Origin: Haliotis rubra
Taxonomy: Eukaryota
DNA: 64,000 nt
Direction of reading: 5' to 3'
Assembly (NCBI RefSeq): GCF_003918875.1
Contig: NW_025766780.1
Coordinates: forward strand, 3,348,001 to 3,412,000
Under the pieces are notes generated by a model. It made no database searches. It was given only the letters and a program-made list of their open reading frames with translations, and had not been told where the DNA came from. Below are positions 1-12,949 of the stretch, piece by piece (the first letter of the stretch is position 1; every line of letters begins with the position of its first letter). The position numbers and the translations under genes are program-made.

Positions 1-164
1 TCTCTTAGAAAGTTAAAACAATAACGATGTCAGGTCTCCTGGTCTACAAGTGTCTTAATCATCATGAACAGGCCTTTACTAGCTGTTATACAGGCCTTTA
101 CTAGCTGTTATACATGCAAGTTATGACCACTGATTCTCATTCCTGTGATTCCTAATTATATCTA

Positions 165-591
165 TACTTCCCATCAAAAGTTTAGACTCACTAGTATTAA
201 TATAGCCACTTACTTCAGGCAACTGTTCTAAACTAAATTTTGGAAAATATTGACTACTGTTTAAAGGTACTGTTTACAGATGAACTGATGTATTGTAAAA
301 CATATTCCTAACATTGAAAAGATTATTATTATGAGTTCAATAGATGCTAAAATTCAGTGAAAATTGGCGAATTCTTAACAAAACTTTACATCAAAACGAA
401 GCTGTTCACATGAATGGTATTTGCTCATGCTTTTCAGCAATTTGATGCATGATCCTCGTGCAATACATCTGCATAAGGTTTGCAGTTGATTCCCCCAAGT
501 TAGTGGAGAAATCAATCTTCGATGTAACCATATATATATACATAACATATAGTAAGTGTTTTAAGTGAGTCTAAACTTTTGATGGGAAGTA
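165..591. mobile_element. Non-autonomous Tc1/mariner-type MITE (~430 bp)
   Basis: Perfect TIRs TACTTCCCATCAAAAGTTTAGACTCACT / AGTGAGTCTAAACTTTTGATGGGAAGTA flanked by TA. A second copy lies at ~32300-32955. Confidence 0.85.
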
Positions 592-647
592 TATATGTCT
601 ATATTTCTTAACTTCTTACGTCCTCCATTTAGATACCATGCAGCATG

Positions 648-782
648 TAGGGGGTAGCCTCGTGTTTAGACTGTTCGTCCGAAAACCCAGGCTGATTCCC
701 CACATGGGTACAATGTGTGAAGCCCATTTTCTGGTGTCCCCTGCTGTGATATTGCTAAAAGCAGTGTTAAACTTACTCACCC
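648..782 (+). mobile_element. tRNA-derived SINE (degenerate copy)
   Basis: Similar to the 5135-5290 family: GGGGTAGCCT..GATTCCCCACATGGGTACAATGTGTGAAGCCCATTT..ATTGCTAAAAGC. Confidence 0.7.
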
Positions 783-978
783 ATACTACGTACAAGGCAC
801 AAGTAAGTATTTATCTCACCCACAGTGGTAGTTAGCTGTGTGTAATAAAAGTTTTTTTCTGAACTGGTCACAACATGATATGATACCGCAGTGAGGCAGA
901 GAAGCTTTATACAGTCTCCCTGCTTTAAGTTATATATTATGGCTCTTGTTCTGTCAGACAGGAAAACTTTGAAGATGC

Positions 979-3900
979 TCAAAGCCCCCATCTGAGTCTC
1001 AGCGATTCCATGGTTGTCTCGACATTGGAGCTCTCATCCTTCGCATGGAGACCAAACTTAAGCTCGGGACCATCCTTGCCCTCCATATAGCGGCTGTCTG
1101 TTGGCTCGTCAGATGGCTGCCATCTACAGCAGATAAAGTGAATATGCAATGCCTTTTACTGAGAATGACTAATCCAGTCACAACATACATTACATCACAA
1201 TAAATTAGTTGAAAGAGTCATGTATGTACAAAAAATGCAATGTCTATATGATACATTGCTCAGTTTGGGAAAAGTGAGTTAGTGAGTTTACGCTGCTGAA
1301 TTCAGCAATATTCCAGTTACATGTATATGGCTGCGGTCTGTAAATAATCGAATCTGGACCAGACAGTCCGGTGATCAACAGCATGAGCAACGATCTATGC
1401 ATTTGGGATCCGATGACGTGTCAACCAAGTCAGGAGCCTGATGACCCGATCCCGTTAGTCGTCTCTTACGACAAGCATGGGTTACTGAAGATCACTCTAA
1501 CTCGGATCTTCACAGGTCTTTGGGAAAAGACTGTAAAGAGAATGAGTCAAGTCTGATTCACCACCCTCTAATAAGTAAAGGATCTTATATGTAAGTAATA
1601 TTTGATCGATGTCATGGAAACCAGGGCAAAAAAGCTAGTGGATAACAGAATGAGCAATAGTCAATCACATTATGATGGGTATGATGACACAAGTCATTAA
1701 GTCACACATCATACCAACCAACGTATGCTTGTCAAGCCTTGGGGCCAGTAGACCAACGTGCCCCAGTCTCGACACTTTAAAGCAAGACTCACATAGGTCA
1801 GCATGTTGTAATGACGTCCTTACACTGAATAACATGTTCGGTGGTATGAATATTGTCTGATTTGCTACCTCTCACATGTATCGATCTGCCGATATTAGTG
1901 TCAATCTCATAATATATCCCAGTATTTTGTTTCCATGGTATCAATATGTCTGAAGCAGACTTGGCAAGTTATCTGCTGCGTGATACAATGTGAAGAAGAC
2001 GGCAATGCCAAAGCGAAGAACAAGAAAAGTTGTTGGACGAAAGATTGGATTCTCCGCCAAGACATTCATGCAGCATACAACCCCGTTAAAAATCGAGGCG
2101 TGGTTTCTTTCATTCAGGCAAAGCCATGTATCACGCTTGTATGTGAACATTTACCACATGACACCAAAACTTAATTTGATCTAACTTGCCGTGTAACTGG
2201 AACAGTTTCTCCACTCTCACAACACAATCAGTGCTGGTTTGATTTGTTGAATTTGATAAATCACTCAGACGATATGACATAACGATTGGACAGGCCAACC
2301 CGTGAGAGTCCACCTTAAGACTGAAGCTGTTTACCACTGTAGACCAGTCCCATCAGTAGGACCTGTCACTGTGGATACCCTTCATTCAAATCAAGAGATG
2401 CTTTACACATTAATTAAAGGATGTTTAGGACGTACCGTGTATCACAGCTGATGCGGGCAAGGTTAGTCAGGTTGCAGGTAGACATGTGCGCTGTCCTGTA
2501 AATTATAACAACATAATGACTAACAGAGATATTATCATAATTCATAATCATATAGACAACAAAATCAATTAAAGATATTGGTAGATTGTGTTTCTAAAGT
2601 GTGAAGCGTTTATACATACAATTTTATTTGATTAAGCCAAGTAAAACAAAAATATCTACTTTGTTATGACAGATTATATACAGGGTAGTGGCCACTGGTT
2701 GTGACAAAGTATAAGCTGGTTGTCACCTGAAGGATAGGTTATTTAAGGACATGTGAGCCTACATTTCATTCTGTGAACAGTATTTAATTCTTTTAAATAC
2801 ATGTACTTTTCTTGTCTATAAAATTTGAAAGAGATTAAATCAACTGGTTCACCTCATTCCGAAGATCATGACATCACCCGCCTTGAAATCTGTGGTTTTC
2901 CACTGGCCTCCAAACTTGTCTGTTATTTCAAAAGGGTCTGTTGTAAACCAACCGGTGCCTGCATTGTAACATGTGAATATATGAGAAAGTAATTGCAATA
3001 TGTGAATACACTATAAAAGTGTTGCAGTATGTGAATACACTATAAAGGTGTTGCAGTATGTGAATACACTATAAAGGTGTTGCAGTATGTGAATACACTA
3101 TAAAGGTGTTGCAGTATGTGAATACACTATAAAGGTGTTGCAGTATGTGAATACACTATAAAAGTGTTGCAGTATGTGAATACACTATAAAGGTGTTGCA
3201 ATATGTGAATACACTATAAAGGTGTTGCAGTATGTGAATACACTATAAAAGTGTTGCAGTATGTGAATACACTATATAAGTGTTGCAGTATGTGAATACA
3301 CTATAAAGGTGTTGCAGTATGTGAATACACTATAAAGGTGTTGCAGTATGTGAATACACTATAAAGGTGTTGCAGTATGTGAATTCGGTACAAAGGTGTT
3401 GCAGTAAGTGCATACAGTATAAAGGTGTTGCAGTATGTGAATACACTTTGAAGGTGTTGCAGTATGTGCATACAGTATAAAGGTGTTGCAGTATGTGAAT
3501 ACACTATAAAGGTGTTGCAGTAAGTGCATACACTATAAAGGTGATGCAGTATGTGAATACACTTTGAAGGTGTTGCAGTATGTGAATACACTATAAAGGT
3601 GTTGCAGTATGTGAATACAGTATAAAAGTGTTGCAGTATGTGAATGCACTATAAAGGTGTTGCAGTATGTGAATACACTATAAATCTGTGGCAGTATGTG
3701 AATACACTATAAAGGTGTTGCAGTATGTGAATACAGTATAAAGGTGTTGCAGTATGTGAATGCCCTTTGAAGGTGTTGCAGTATGTGAATACACTATAAA
3801 GGTGTTGCAGTATGTGAATACACTATAAAGGTGTTGCAGTATGTGAATACACTATAAAGGTGTTGCAGTAGGTGAATACACTATAAAGGTGTTGCAGTAT

Positions 3901-6900
3901 GTGAATACAGTATAAAGATGTTGCAGTATGTGAATACACTATAAAGGTGTTGCAGCATGTGAATACACTATAAAGGGGTTGCAGTACGTGAATACACTAT
4001 AAAGGTGTTGCAGTTTGTGAATACACTATAAAGGCACTGCAATATAGAAATACACTATAAAGGCACTGCAATATAGAAATACACTGTAAAGACATTGCAA
4101 TGTGTGAATACAGGATGTTCAATAGTTATATTGTAGAAATGTTCCAGATAATGCTTAGTATTGGTACTACATTGTATTGTGATAATAATTTGTGGACCCA
4201 TGAATGTCCGGGTTAGAATTGGTCTTCAGTAACCCATACTTGTCGAAGATGTGAACAATGGGATCGGGTGGTTAGGTTCACTGACTTGATTGACATGTCA
4301 TTGTATCCCAATTGCGAAGACCGAAAGACATGCTGTTGATCACTGGATTATCTGGTCCATACTTGATTATTTTCACTCTGCCACCATCTAACTGGAATAT
4401 TGCTGAGTGTGGCATCAAACTAACCTCATTCACTTACTTTTTCAATCAATCAGTCAATCAATCAATCAACACTGATACAACAACAGTGTCAGAGCTACCT
4501 TTGAGCCTTGCTTCCTCTGCATCAAGATTACCATATGTGTTTTGGAAGTGATCAAATCTGAAATATTCAATAACAATTATCATTTATCAAAACAGATAGG
4601 TTTCATAATCATATCCAGCATGATCAAAACATGTTAAATAATATTCTGATAAGTTGAAACAATAAATTCACACACAGAGCAGCAGTTATTCATGATACCA
4701 TATTGGGCAACTAAAGCAGTGATCATTTGGTGAAGGTGGTGCCAGGTTCTAAGAATGTACATATTTCATGTAATATTTTGCCATAGGACACTCAAACTTT
4801 ACATTTACAATGCATTCTATTCATCCCTGTTAGTTAAGATATGCCAATAAAATAAATGAAATCATTTATTATTCAAGCACAATCACACAATCATAAACAT
4901 ACCTAAACAAATTTAAGAGCCTTGTTTAAATTTATACATTGTAATACATTTACAATGGTACATTTGCAGACACTGTGTAGAGCTGCTGAAAGCACCATTA
5001 ATCTTATTATTAATGTTTGTGTTTTAATGCACTCAGGCACTCCATGCCTGCAGTAGTCTGTACCAGACAAACTAGTCATCAGTATTGTGAGCCACATCCA
5101 ACTGGTGCTGGCAGACTGACTGACTGACTGACTGAGTTTGGTTTTACGCCGCTTTTAGCAATAATCCAGCAACATCACGGCGGGGGACACCAGAAATGGG
5201 CTTCACACATTGTACCCATGTGGGGAATCGAACCCGGGTCTTCGGCGTGACGAGCCAACGCTTTAACCACTAGGCTACCCCACCGCTCCGGTGCTGGCAG
5301 AAGATGGCTCACAGACAACCAAGTCACCAAGTCGGACCAACTGAACTTCATCTTCTCCTTTGACAGCCAGCAATAGCTGGGACTGACACCAACATCTGTC
5401 ATGAATTAGCACAAAATACTTCAAGTGTTGATACCTGGCCTCAAATTTGCATGAAATTAATGCAATTAGCTCCACCTCTGAACTATGAAACCTAATCAGA
5501 AACTCATGGTTTTATCAAGACTTTTGTTGAAGCCATTGTGGCTGAGTTGGTTAGATAGCCGACTTTGTGTGCTGTTGATAAGGTGCCCTACTCTGAGGGT
5601 GTGGCTTCAGATCCTAGATGGGACCCCGAAGAGAACTAGAATCTGTAATGTATGGGTAAAGTGTAATCCCAAATATTGCCAGAAACGTCATAAAGCTGGG
5701 ATTTAGAGAGAATACCTAAAATCACAAACTTAAACTCCAACTACTTGGTATGTGAGCTACCCTTCATCAAATCAAAAGTAGGAAATTAAAAATACAGCAT
5801 AGGCCAGGCCAATTTTATTTCTTGTTTTACGGATTTTTGTCCTCAGAAAACCTAAAGGAAGGAGAGAAGAAAAATAAGTCAAAGTAGTATTCCTTCTAAA
5901 TACTCAAAGTATGTTACTTTTGGCAATTTATGAAGTAAATATGGTTAAAAAAACAATCCAAAAACAAAATTGCTTACATTTTTGGCCAATAAATACATTA
6001 GGATTTTATTTTTTGAATGGGGAAAATTAATTATTATTTTTTTTCTTATTCTTGAAAAAAATATGACAGGCGGATCCGTAAAACAAGAAATATAATTGGT
6101 CTGGCCATATCTCAAAATGAAATCTGATCACCATCCGGATTTTACATGTTCTAAGCGATGCTACATATGAGTTAGCGTAATCCTCTGAATGTCAATGGCT
6201 GTGTTGTTTGTTCCCTAGGCCAGCTGTTGCTGTATTGGACATTTTCACCATATGAGTGAGAAGCATATTTCTTGTAGAGACTAGAGCAGTTCACAAGGTT
6301 ATCAAAACAGAAGACCCTCTGTAATACACAGTGGGCGACTGTCATAACTGCTTGATGAACCTGTGTAAAACAAACTGATAACTGACATGGCAACCTAACT
6401 CACCTAAAGTGTATATAGTCAACTTGGGTATACATGCCATGTTTTCACCAGTGTTTAATGCGAGAAACACAAACATATTTGGCATTATTTCATGCTACAA
6501 ACAGTGCAAGATAGAACAAACTTTATGGATAACAACTTCTTTATATTCGTGAGTGCGACGTTTCGATACAGATACTTGTACCGTTGTCAAGCATAATGGA
6601 ACATAAAGAAGGGGGAAGTATATATATACTGGATGTAACAATGTAACAAAGAAAACAACATAATTAACATAATTGGCTAGGCAGAAAGCTGATGAAACCA
6701 GAGAGTAGACAAAGGACAGGCGTGGAAGCCAATGATGTACAAATAATAATGAGATGTTTATACAGCAGAGTTTATACAGTAGATTGGGCTTGGTGGATGA
6801 GTGCATCATAACCGGATGGAATGAAGTATCCTTGGTCTCGGTTGATGGTGGGCTTTTGGCATTTGATGTGGATGGCTTTGGTGAGCTTGCGTTTAGTGAA

Positions 6901-9900
6901 GTCTGTTTGTTTGTTAGAGAGAATGGTGATGTCAGACCACTCTATTTGATGATTGGGGCTTGCTTTGATGTGGTCGGAAATGGCAGATATGCTGTCGGAA
7001 TTGGTAACAGAGGTCTGATGGTCTTTCACTCGGGTGTTGATGGGTCGGGACGTTTCACCCTATGTAGCTCTGCCCACAATCACAGTTTATTTTGTAGATG
7101 ACACATTTTGGGTTGTTGTTCACTTTCACTTCTAAAATGCCACTCAAAGAAGTTAACAGTGCAAGAGATGTTCATCCGTTTTTCTATAACCTGGAATCAT
7201 CAATGACTTTCAGCAATCCATTAGTATAATTTCCACAGCTATTTCACCTTTCCTGCTTTAGTGGAATATGTTTTGGCAGATAATCAAGTTGGATTGTTCT
7301 TTGGCATCCATTGTACATATAAAGTACATCCTGTCTTTCTCAACACAATCCAAACTACTCAAAGCACCAAAATCTGCTTTGCTCATTTGCCTCCCTTTAC
7401 CCTGTCCAGATACCTGGTGAATAACCAACGCTCCAAATGACCTTTTGTCCCAGTTTGCTTCCAGGGCAATTGTATATCTATATACATGTAGGTATCACAA
7501 GGTTGTGATTATCTATGACTTGCATTACTTCAGTCTTTTATCCCACAACAAGCCATGACATGGCTTGTACAAATTGATGTTAAACCCAACTAGCTCACTC
7601 ACTCCATCACTCACCCAGGTAGTCGATTTGATCCCTCACACATGGCCAGGACACCCATCTCTACACTGATATCTCCGACTGGCGTCCACATGGTGAGCAG
7701 AGACTTGGAGCCACGACTCATGTACACATTGTCCACATGGACCCCGGTGAAGGCATCGGTATGCACGGCACTGCAGAGACGGAATGTACATCAACAACGT
7801 GTTCATCCCAAACATCTCCATTTTGTTGGGAAAATACTATGCAGTTGAATGAATAGCACAATGCCTCGAAACAGATTTCCAACAAAATTGATCTCTTGAG
7901 TAGGAGAAATTTGTCTAAGCTACTAGTCAGGGTTGGCAACAGGAACATCGATTTTCAGCGGAAAACTTAATATTGTGTCATCGAATGGGGGTTTCTCAAT
8001 GGATTTAGACGAACAGTTTGAAATAAAATCCGCGGAAAATTGCCATCCCTGCTAGTTAGAGATTGGAGCGCTAGTGGTGGTGTTACTTCAGAAATGAAGC
8101 TTTGGCTGTGAATGGGTCCAGGGTATATATTACAACAAAATGGATACACAAGATATTCCAAGATGAAGCATTAGGTCAAATCATCCCCAAAGTACACTTA
8201 TTTGTACACTGCGTACAACACTGCTAGACACGGTGTATGAAATAAGCCAAAATCCAGCCAGACATCAGGGCTGGTAACTTCAAAATGTTGCCAGTCCAAA
8301 ATGGAATTAACCAGACCAATTTACGCAGATGTATTGAACATCTAAATTCTTTACCACACCATCAGGCTGGCTAGCTGTAGATTTAGACCGTCCGTCAGAA
8401 ATCTAGACCGTCTCGGTCGGTCGGGAGTAAAGTAATACCATTCACTATCATATAATACTGAGCTATAATTGCTTCATTTCTATTTGTGATAATGTTCTAC
8501 TGACAACTGCTTTGGACTCGTAGCCATATTTTGGCCACTGAACAAGTTTAGATAAATCCTTCTACAAGTATATTGTTATGAATGTAAGATATACAGCTAG
8601 GAGTTACTGTTGTGCCTCTTCCAGCTGCTGTAAGAAGCAATGGCAAGTAATAATTCCTGGGTCAATAAGTGCCTACCGTAACCACTTGTAGTCCAGTGTT
8701 GCAACATCTTTCCCAAAGAACTTCTTGAAGAAACTGAAAGCTGTTAATAAATAGGATTGACATTGAGGTAATCAGTAGAATTAAAGTCCAACATGTCAGA
8801 GTTATGGGAGAGTGAGATGTTATCAATACTTTGTACCTACTGCTACTTGTACAACTACTCATCCACTTCTAAAGAGTAAACACCCTCATACAATTTATCC
8901 TTGAAGCGCTCTTGTTTTTTAACTAATAAGTCAATCAGTGTAAACTCCAGTTTTCATTCTCAGCTCCCTAGGAAGTATCCAACCCTCCTTTTGTGCTGGA
9001 ATGATACAAGTTATGTGTATACGGCTCGACTTTGGTGATTCTGGGGTGCCAAGTTTGAAGCACCAGCCCCTCACCAATATCGTCATGAAACCTAATTGTG
9101 CAAATAGGTGTGTCCTGGACCTGAAAATCTCCTGCTACACCTTGATAAACCTAATGTATAATCACTAGATGCAGAGGCCTAAAGGGAAATGTGTTAACAA
9201 GGGGCGGGTAAATACATTTAGAGGGCTTGTCGTAAAATTGGTTTCTGCAATGTATTTTGCATCAAATTTGGAATTGCCATTTGTTTATATATAAATGTAC
9301 CTTTTAAAATATAATTGTGATGTATATCATGACATTTTGATGCATATTTGCAAACCCCAGGACATTTGGAAAAATGGTTACAGAGAGAAGAGGTCTGGAA
9401 AAATCTCTATGGCACCTTGACATATATATATATACTAGTTAAGTAATCTTGAGAGTGATGTTAAATCCCAATTTATTTCACTTTATTCTTGTGTGATACT
9501 TACGTCTCGAACCTTCAATGACGGCTTTGACAGGATCTTGATGGGTTATACCGGGTACTCCCTTGAGGTAAGAAAATCATGTATGACAAACAGTTCATAA
9601 AGTCGGTAAATCAGAACAATTAATGGACATCTAAAATCAGTATCCAGTAGTCTTGTTTTACTGTGCAGGGGCCATACTTGACTGCAAAACTGATAGCCAT
9701 TCAAACAACATGGTGGGTAAAAGTGACATAAGAATAGGTCCCCTGCACCCTATTGCTACATTCAAGGGGAAACTATAAAAATTTCTGAGTCACATGCCTG
9801 GATTCAAACCATGGACCTTAGGATCTGAAGTCAGACACCTTGTCCACTTGACCAAAGAGGTTAGCCCATCAGCAAGCTGCATTGCAAGGATGTCATCTAT

Positions 9901-12621
9901 TGGATGACTCCATGCCCTACTACATATTTCCCAATCAACCAAAGGCATGTCCTGGGCCGCATAGCAGGGCACTTAGACTTAATTTGCTCAAATTTAATAT
10001 TAACATGCTCATCTAAATTGGGTGCCAATGCAGCGGCAATAAAATGTCAGATCTGAAGTCAGAAAGCCTTGTCCACTTGACCAAAGAGGTTAGTTAACCT
10101 TGACAAAATAAGAATGTCGTATGTAGGATGACCCCACATCCCGCTAAATGTAGGACGCCACACCTTACATAGGATCGGCAGACAGGGCAGATATGACTTA
10201 CCTCCATGGTGGGTACACACCCAACACCACAGCCTTGCTGGAGGACACCTTTCTCCAATGGCTCCGACGGGTGGAGGATCCCCTCCCCCTGGTCCTTCAA
10301 GTACTGTAGGACTGCCAGTCGTGCTGCCAGAACCTCCCCCCGATCGTGGAGACCTCGGATGAACAGATATCTAGAAAACACAGTCATCACAACGTACAAT
10401 CAATCCATTATTTTAGATTACAAGTAACAGATGGCTTGATCAATGGTCATCAGGTAAAATGATCTGTCTGTGCAGATATGTGAGTCTGCAATATTGAATC
10501 TACATCAAGGAGGTCTGTAAATATTCCAGCCATGACTGCATCCCCATGTTTATAAGGACTGCAGCAACTAAAATATGACAGTTCCATTTTTTCATACAGA
10601 AAAATTACAAATTTAAGCAATTTTCAATATAAATAGGGGCACACATACACACAAAGCACAATGTGTACCCCTCTGTTCTTTGAAAGGGATGTGGCCAAGG
10701 AAGGTCACATGGTATTTATGTATTAGGTGGACTGAAAGGGTCAACATTGGCACGGGTACTACAGATATATGTACCCCAAGGTACAAATATTTTGCAATGC
10801 ACAAATACAATTCCTTTGGGGTTGGTTATTATGGAGTCATCTGTTGTTTAGAGTATGGGGGATGTTTATGTATTTTGAAAACTACCTGGGATACTCATAG
10901 TTCCCGTGCCGACAATGACCCCTTAACTATGTGTTAGTTATAAAAAGTCTGTTGTACAGACCCTGAAACTAATATATCCAATGAAAGCCCATGCAAGTAA
11001 AAAAAGTCTCAGGGCAATCCTTTTCATTATATTTTATGATTATTTTTATGAACAGTAATTTTTCTGTAAAATATGTTCATTTCAGAGACTAGATGTTAGT
11101 TTATATTAGTTAGAATTAGGTCAGTTCAAAAAGAAGTCATAAATCACTAGAGGCAAATATACTTTAGACTGTCTTTTTAAGTAAAAAGTATATTAACAGG
11201 CTAGACAATGGCAGAATGAAGGCCTGTACTATGACTGCCACAGGGGCTTGTAACGCTGAAAATTGCCATCAAGGTAAACACTGTCACTGACGGGGTCTTA
11301 GTACTACAGGATCCTTTCATGTAGTACTAAATTAATTTATATTGGGTAAATACGGTACAGGTGTGGCTAACGCAGCAGGGTTGAGTTGCACGTGAAAGTG
11401 GTGTCACGAAGTCACGTGAGAGAGGTTTCTTGGTGTATGGAGAAGAATGAACAATCATTTGAGGTCTTCGCACTGTGCAGGCGAGCAGCTATCTCCATTA
11501 AATTGACTGAGTAAATGATTCCGTATGGAAGTTGTTCATGCTGTTTGGCAGTTGAAACCTTATGGTACTTTTGCGTAAGTTCAAGTGTTTTTGAAGAGTC
11601 ATTATCAGCCAGTAGACCATGAATGGGGCGGCGGAGCTGGAGACGTCTGACGATATCTCGGAAATTTACAAGATAAGTATTCTTCTTTAAAATTAGATAT
11701 ATATATATATATATGAACATATGAAATGAATATACAAATTATTGTGAATTTGAGTTTTATCCTAACGTGTATTAAGTGTTTTAATCATTCTCTTAAATAT
11801 TGCAACTATCTGCTAATTAAAGTTAATTTTGCATACATTGTTTTGCAGGAAGACGAATGTACGGCCTAAGCATCGCGTAAACATTGCACATGTACTTTGT
11901 AAATAAACCTGCTCGTCTGCTCGTTGAGCTGGACATAACCCTAATGTGTGTTTTGTTATACAAAATAAATATTTTATGTTCGGTTGATCGAAGAGAATTA
12001 GAACATAAGACAGGGTTACTGACAGTGTATATCTTGATGGCATTTTTAACGTTACAAGCCCCTGTGATGACTGCCCACAGTTTTATGTTTCTAAAAGAAA
12101 GGGACAGCCAGGTGTTCGAGAAGCACGTTCACAGACAAAGTTATTTATTCATTAACCTGTGCTGTGCCGTCTCCGTCCATTCTCGAACACCTGGCGGTCC
12201 CTTTCTCTGCACTCCTCCCTCGTAACAAACAGTGAACTGTGTCAATATTTTAATGATAGTTTGTTAAACAACTTTATTATTTTTAGGCAAAAATTCTGCA
12301 AAAACCTCACAGAGTGGGTATGATGTTTTGATTATGATCAGCGTTTCATTGAGTATTTTATGTTTATTAGTTTTCGAGTTAGATTGCAATTCATCGGTCC
12401 GCTTTTGAGCCAAACGGACTATAGGCCTAGCGGTAGGTTGGTCAGATAACCTATGAGTTTTAATGCCTGGTGACATACCCCTTGTCATGAAGTTCTTTGT
12501 GCAGAGCCTCGACGTCATTGAGTTTATCATTGCAATCCTGCAACTCCTGCAGATAGCCTGATGGAAACTGTACTGTCCTCGTCCCAAGTTTCACCTCCCT
12601 GGTCGCCATCTCCGATGTCAT
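979..12621 (-). CDS. PhyH/phytanoyl-CoA dioxygenase-family Fe(II)/2-oxoglutarate dioxygenase, 9 coding exons, 319 aa
   Basis: Exons (-): 12479-12621, 10202-10370, 9504-9561, 8677-8740, 7615-7770, 4499-4557, 2853-2958, 2436-2495, 979-1123. All are GT-AG, phase-compatible and sum to 960 nt. Protein has KGYLFIRGL, DYKWLRAV, TGVHVDNVYMSRG (HxD), LTMWTPVGDI..EMGVLAMCEGSN, WKTTDFKAGDVMIF, TAHMS (distal His) and RISCDTRWQP (2OG-binding Arg). Confidence 0.9.
1274..1519 (-). mobile_element. Nin-domain-like SINE
   Basis: Core GCTTGTCGTAAGAG(G/A)CGACTAACGGG on the minus strand, with tail GGAATATTGCTGA..(CTCA)n. Many copies in the window. Confidence 0.75.
2965..4112. repeat. Intronic minisatellite, 29-bp unit, ~38 copies
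   Basis: Unit GTATGTGAATACACTATAAAGGTGTTGCA. Abuts the acceptor of dioxygenase exon 7. Confidence 0.95.
4196..4435 (+). mobile_element. Nin-domain-like SINE (diverged)
   Basis: GACCCATGAATGTCCGGGTTAGAATTGGTCTTCAGTAACCCAT ... GGAATATTGCTGAGTGTGGC. Confidence 0.7.
5135..5290 (-). mobile_element. tRNA-derived SINE
   Basis: On minus: A box TAGCCTAGTGG, B box GGTTCGATTCC, then a unique body and tail ending AAAAGCGGCGTAAAACC plus microsatellite. Copies at 23255-23403 and 44215-44372. Confidence 0.8.
5530..5675 (+). mobile_element. Second tRNA-headed SINE family (degenerate)
   Basis: GAAGCCATTGTGGCTGAGTTGGTTAG...ACTAGAATCTGTA, homologous to 15036-15165. Confidence 0.55.
5801..6108. mobile_element. 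MITE with ~33-bp TIRs
   Basis: GGCCAGGCCAATTTTATTTCTTGTTTTACGGAT ... ATCCGTAAAACAAGAAATATAATTGGTCTGGCC with an AT-rich interior. Confidence 0.75.
6512..7154 (-). mobile_element. 5'-truncated Penelope-like element: GIY-YIG endonuclease C-terminus, pLTR with hammerhead-like motif, inverted 'tail'
   Basis: Translation (frameshifted) VIYKINCDCGQSYIGETSRPINTRVKDH...SAISDH...HQIEW...KPTINRDQG. 12-bp TSD AACAGTGCAAGA at 6500-6511 and 7155-7166. Confidence 0.9.
6554..6593 (-). ncRNA. Minimal type I hammerhead-ribozyme-like motif, U3-A8 variant
   Basis: Minus strand TGC-TTGACAA-C-GGTACA(AGTATC)TGTATC-GAAAC-GTC-GCA: stem I TGC/GCA, stem II GGTACA/TGTATC, GUC cleavage triplet. Confidence 0.7.
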
Positions 12622-12766
12622 GTTGTGTGAAAGCGGGGTATCAGTCAAACATAAGATAAAAATAGTTTTTCCTTTACATTACAATCGCCATGTTGAACAA
12701 TAGTATATGTCCCATGTAAATCACATGATCTCATCACGTGACCCACACATACGGCGCATTTCTGTG

Positions 12767-12934
12767 CATGGGCGGATCCAGGAATTTTGACGGTGTGTTT
12801 CACTGTGTGTGTGGGGGTGGGGGTGTGTGGTGTGTGGTGGGTGTGTGTGTTTTTAAGGGGGTTCGCCTCCGCCAAGCAAGGCCGCCAAGAGGAGGGTCCG
12901 AACCCCCTGAACCCACCCTCTGGATCCGCCAATG
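12767..12934. mobile_element. Short MITE-like element
   Basis: TIRs CATGGGCGGATCCAG / CTGGATCCGCCAATG around a GT-rich interior, just upstream of the dioxygenase start. Confidence 0.6.
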
Positions 12935-12949
12935 GAGTTTTTCGGTGTT

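Noticed and set aside
3301-3591. 96-aa repetitive ORF
   Set aside because: Chance reading frame through the 29-bp minisatellite.
5135-5290. Functional tRNA genes (also 23255, 44215, 55360-55445, 15036)
   Set aside because: A/B boxes are present but continue into shared SINE bodies and microsatellite tails, with no proper acceptor stem.
9820-10093. Short direct duplication ATCTGAAGTCAGA..GACCAAAGAGGTTAG
   Set aside because: Looks like fragments of a decayed tRNA-type SINE; no further structure.
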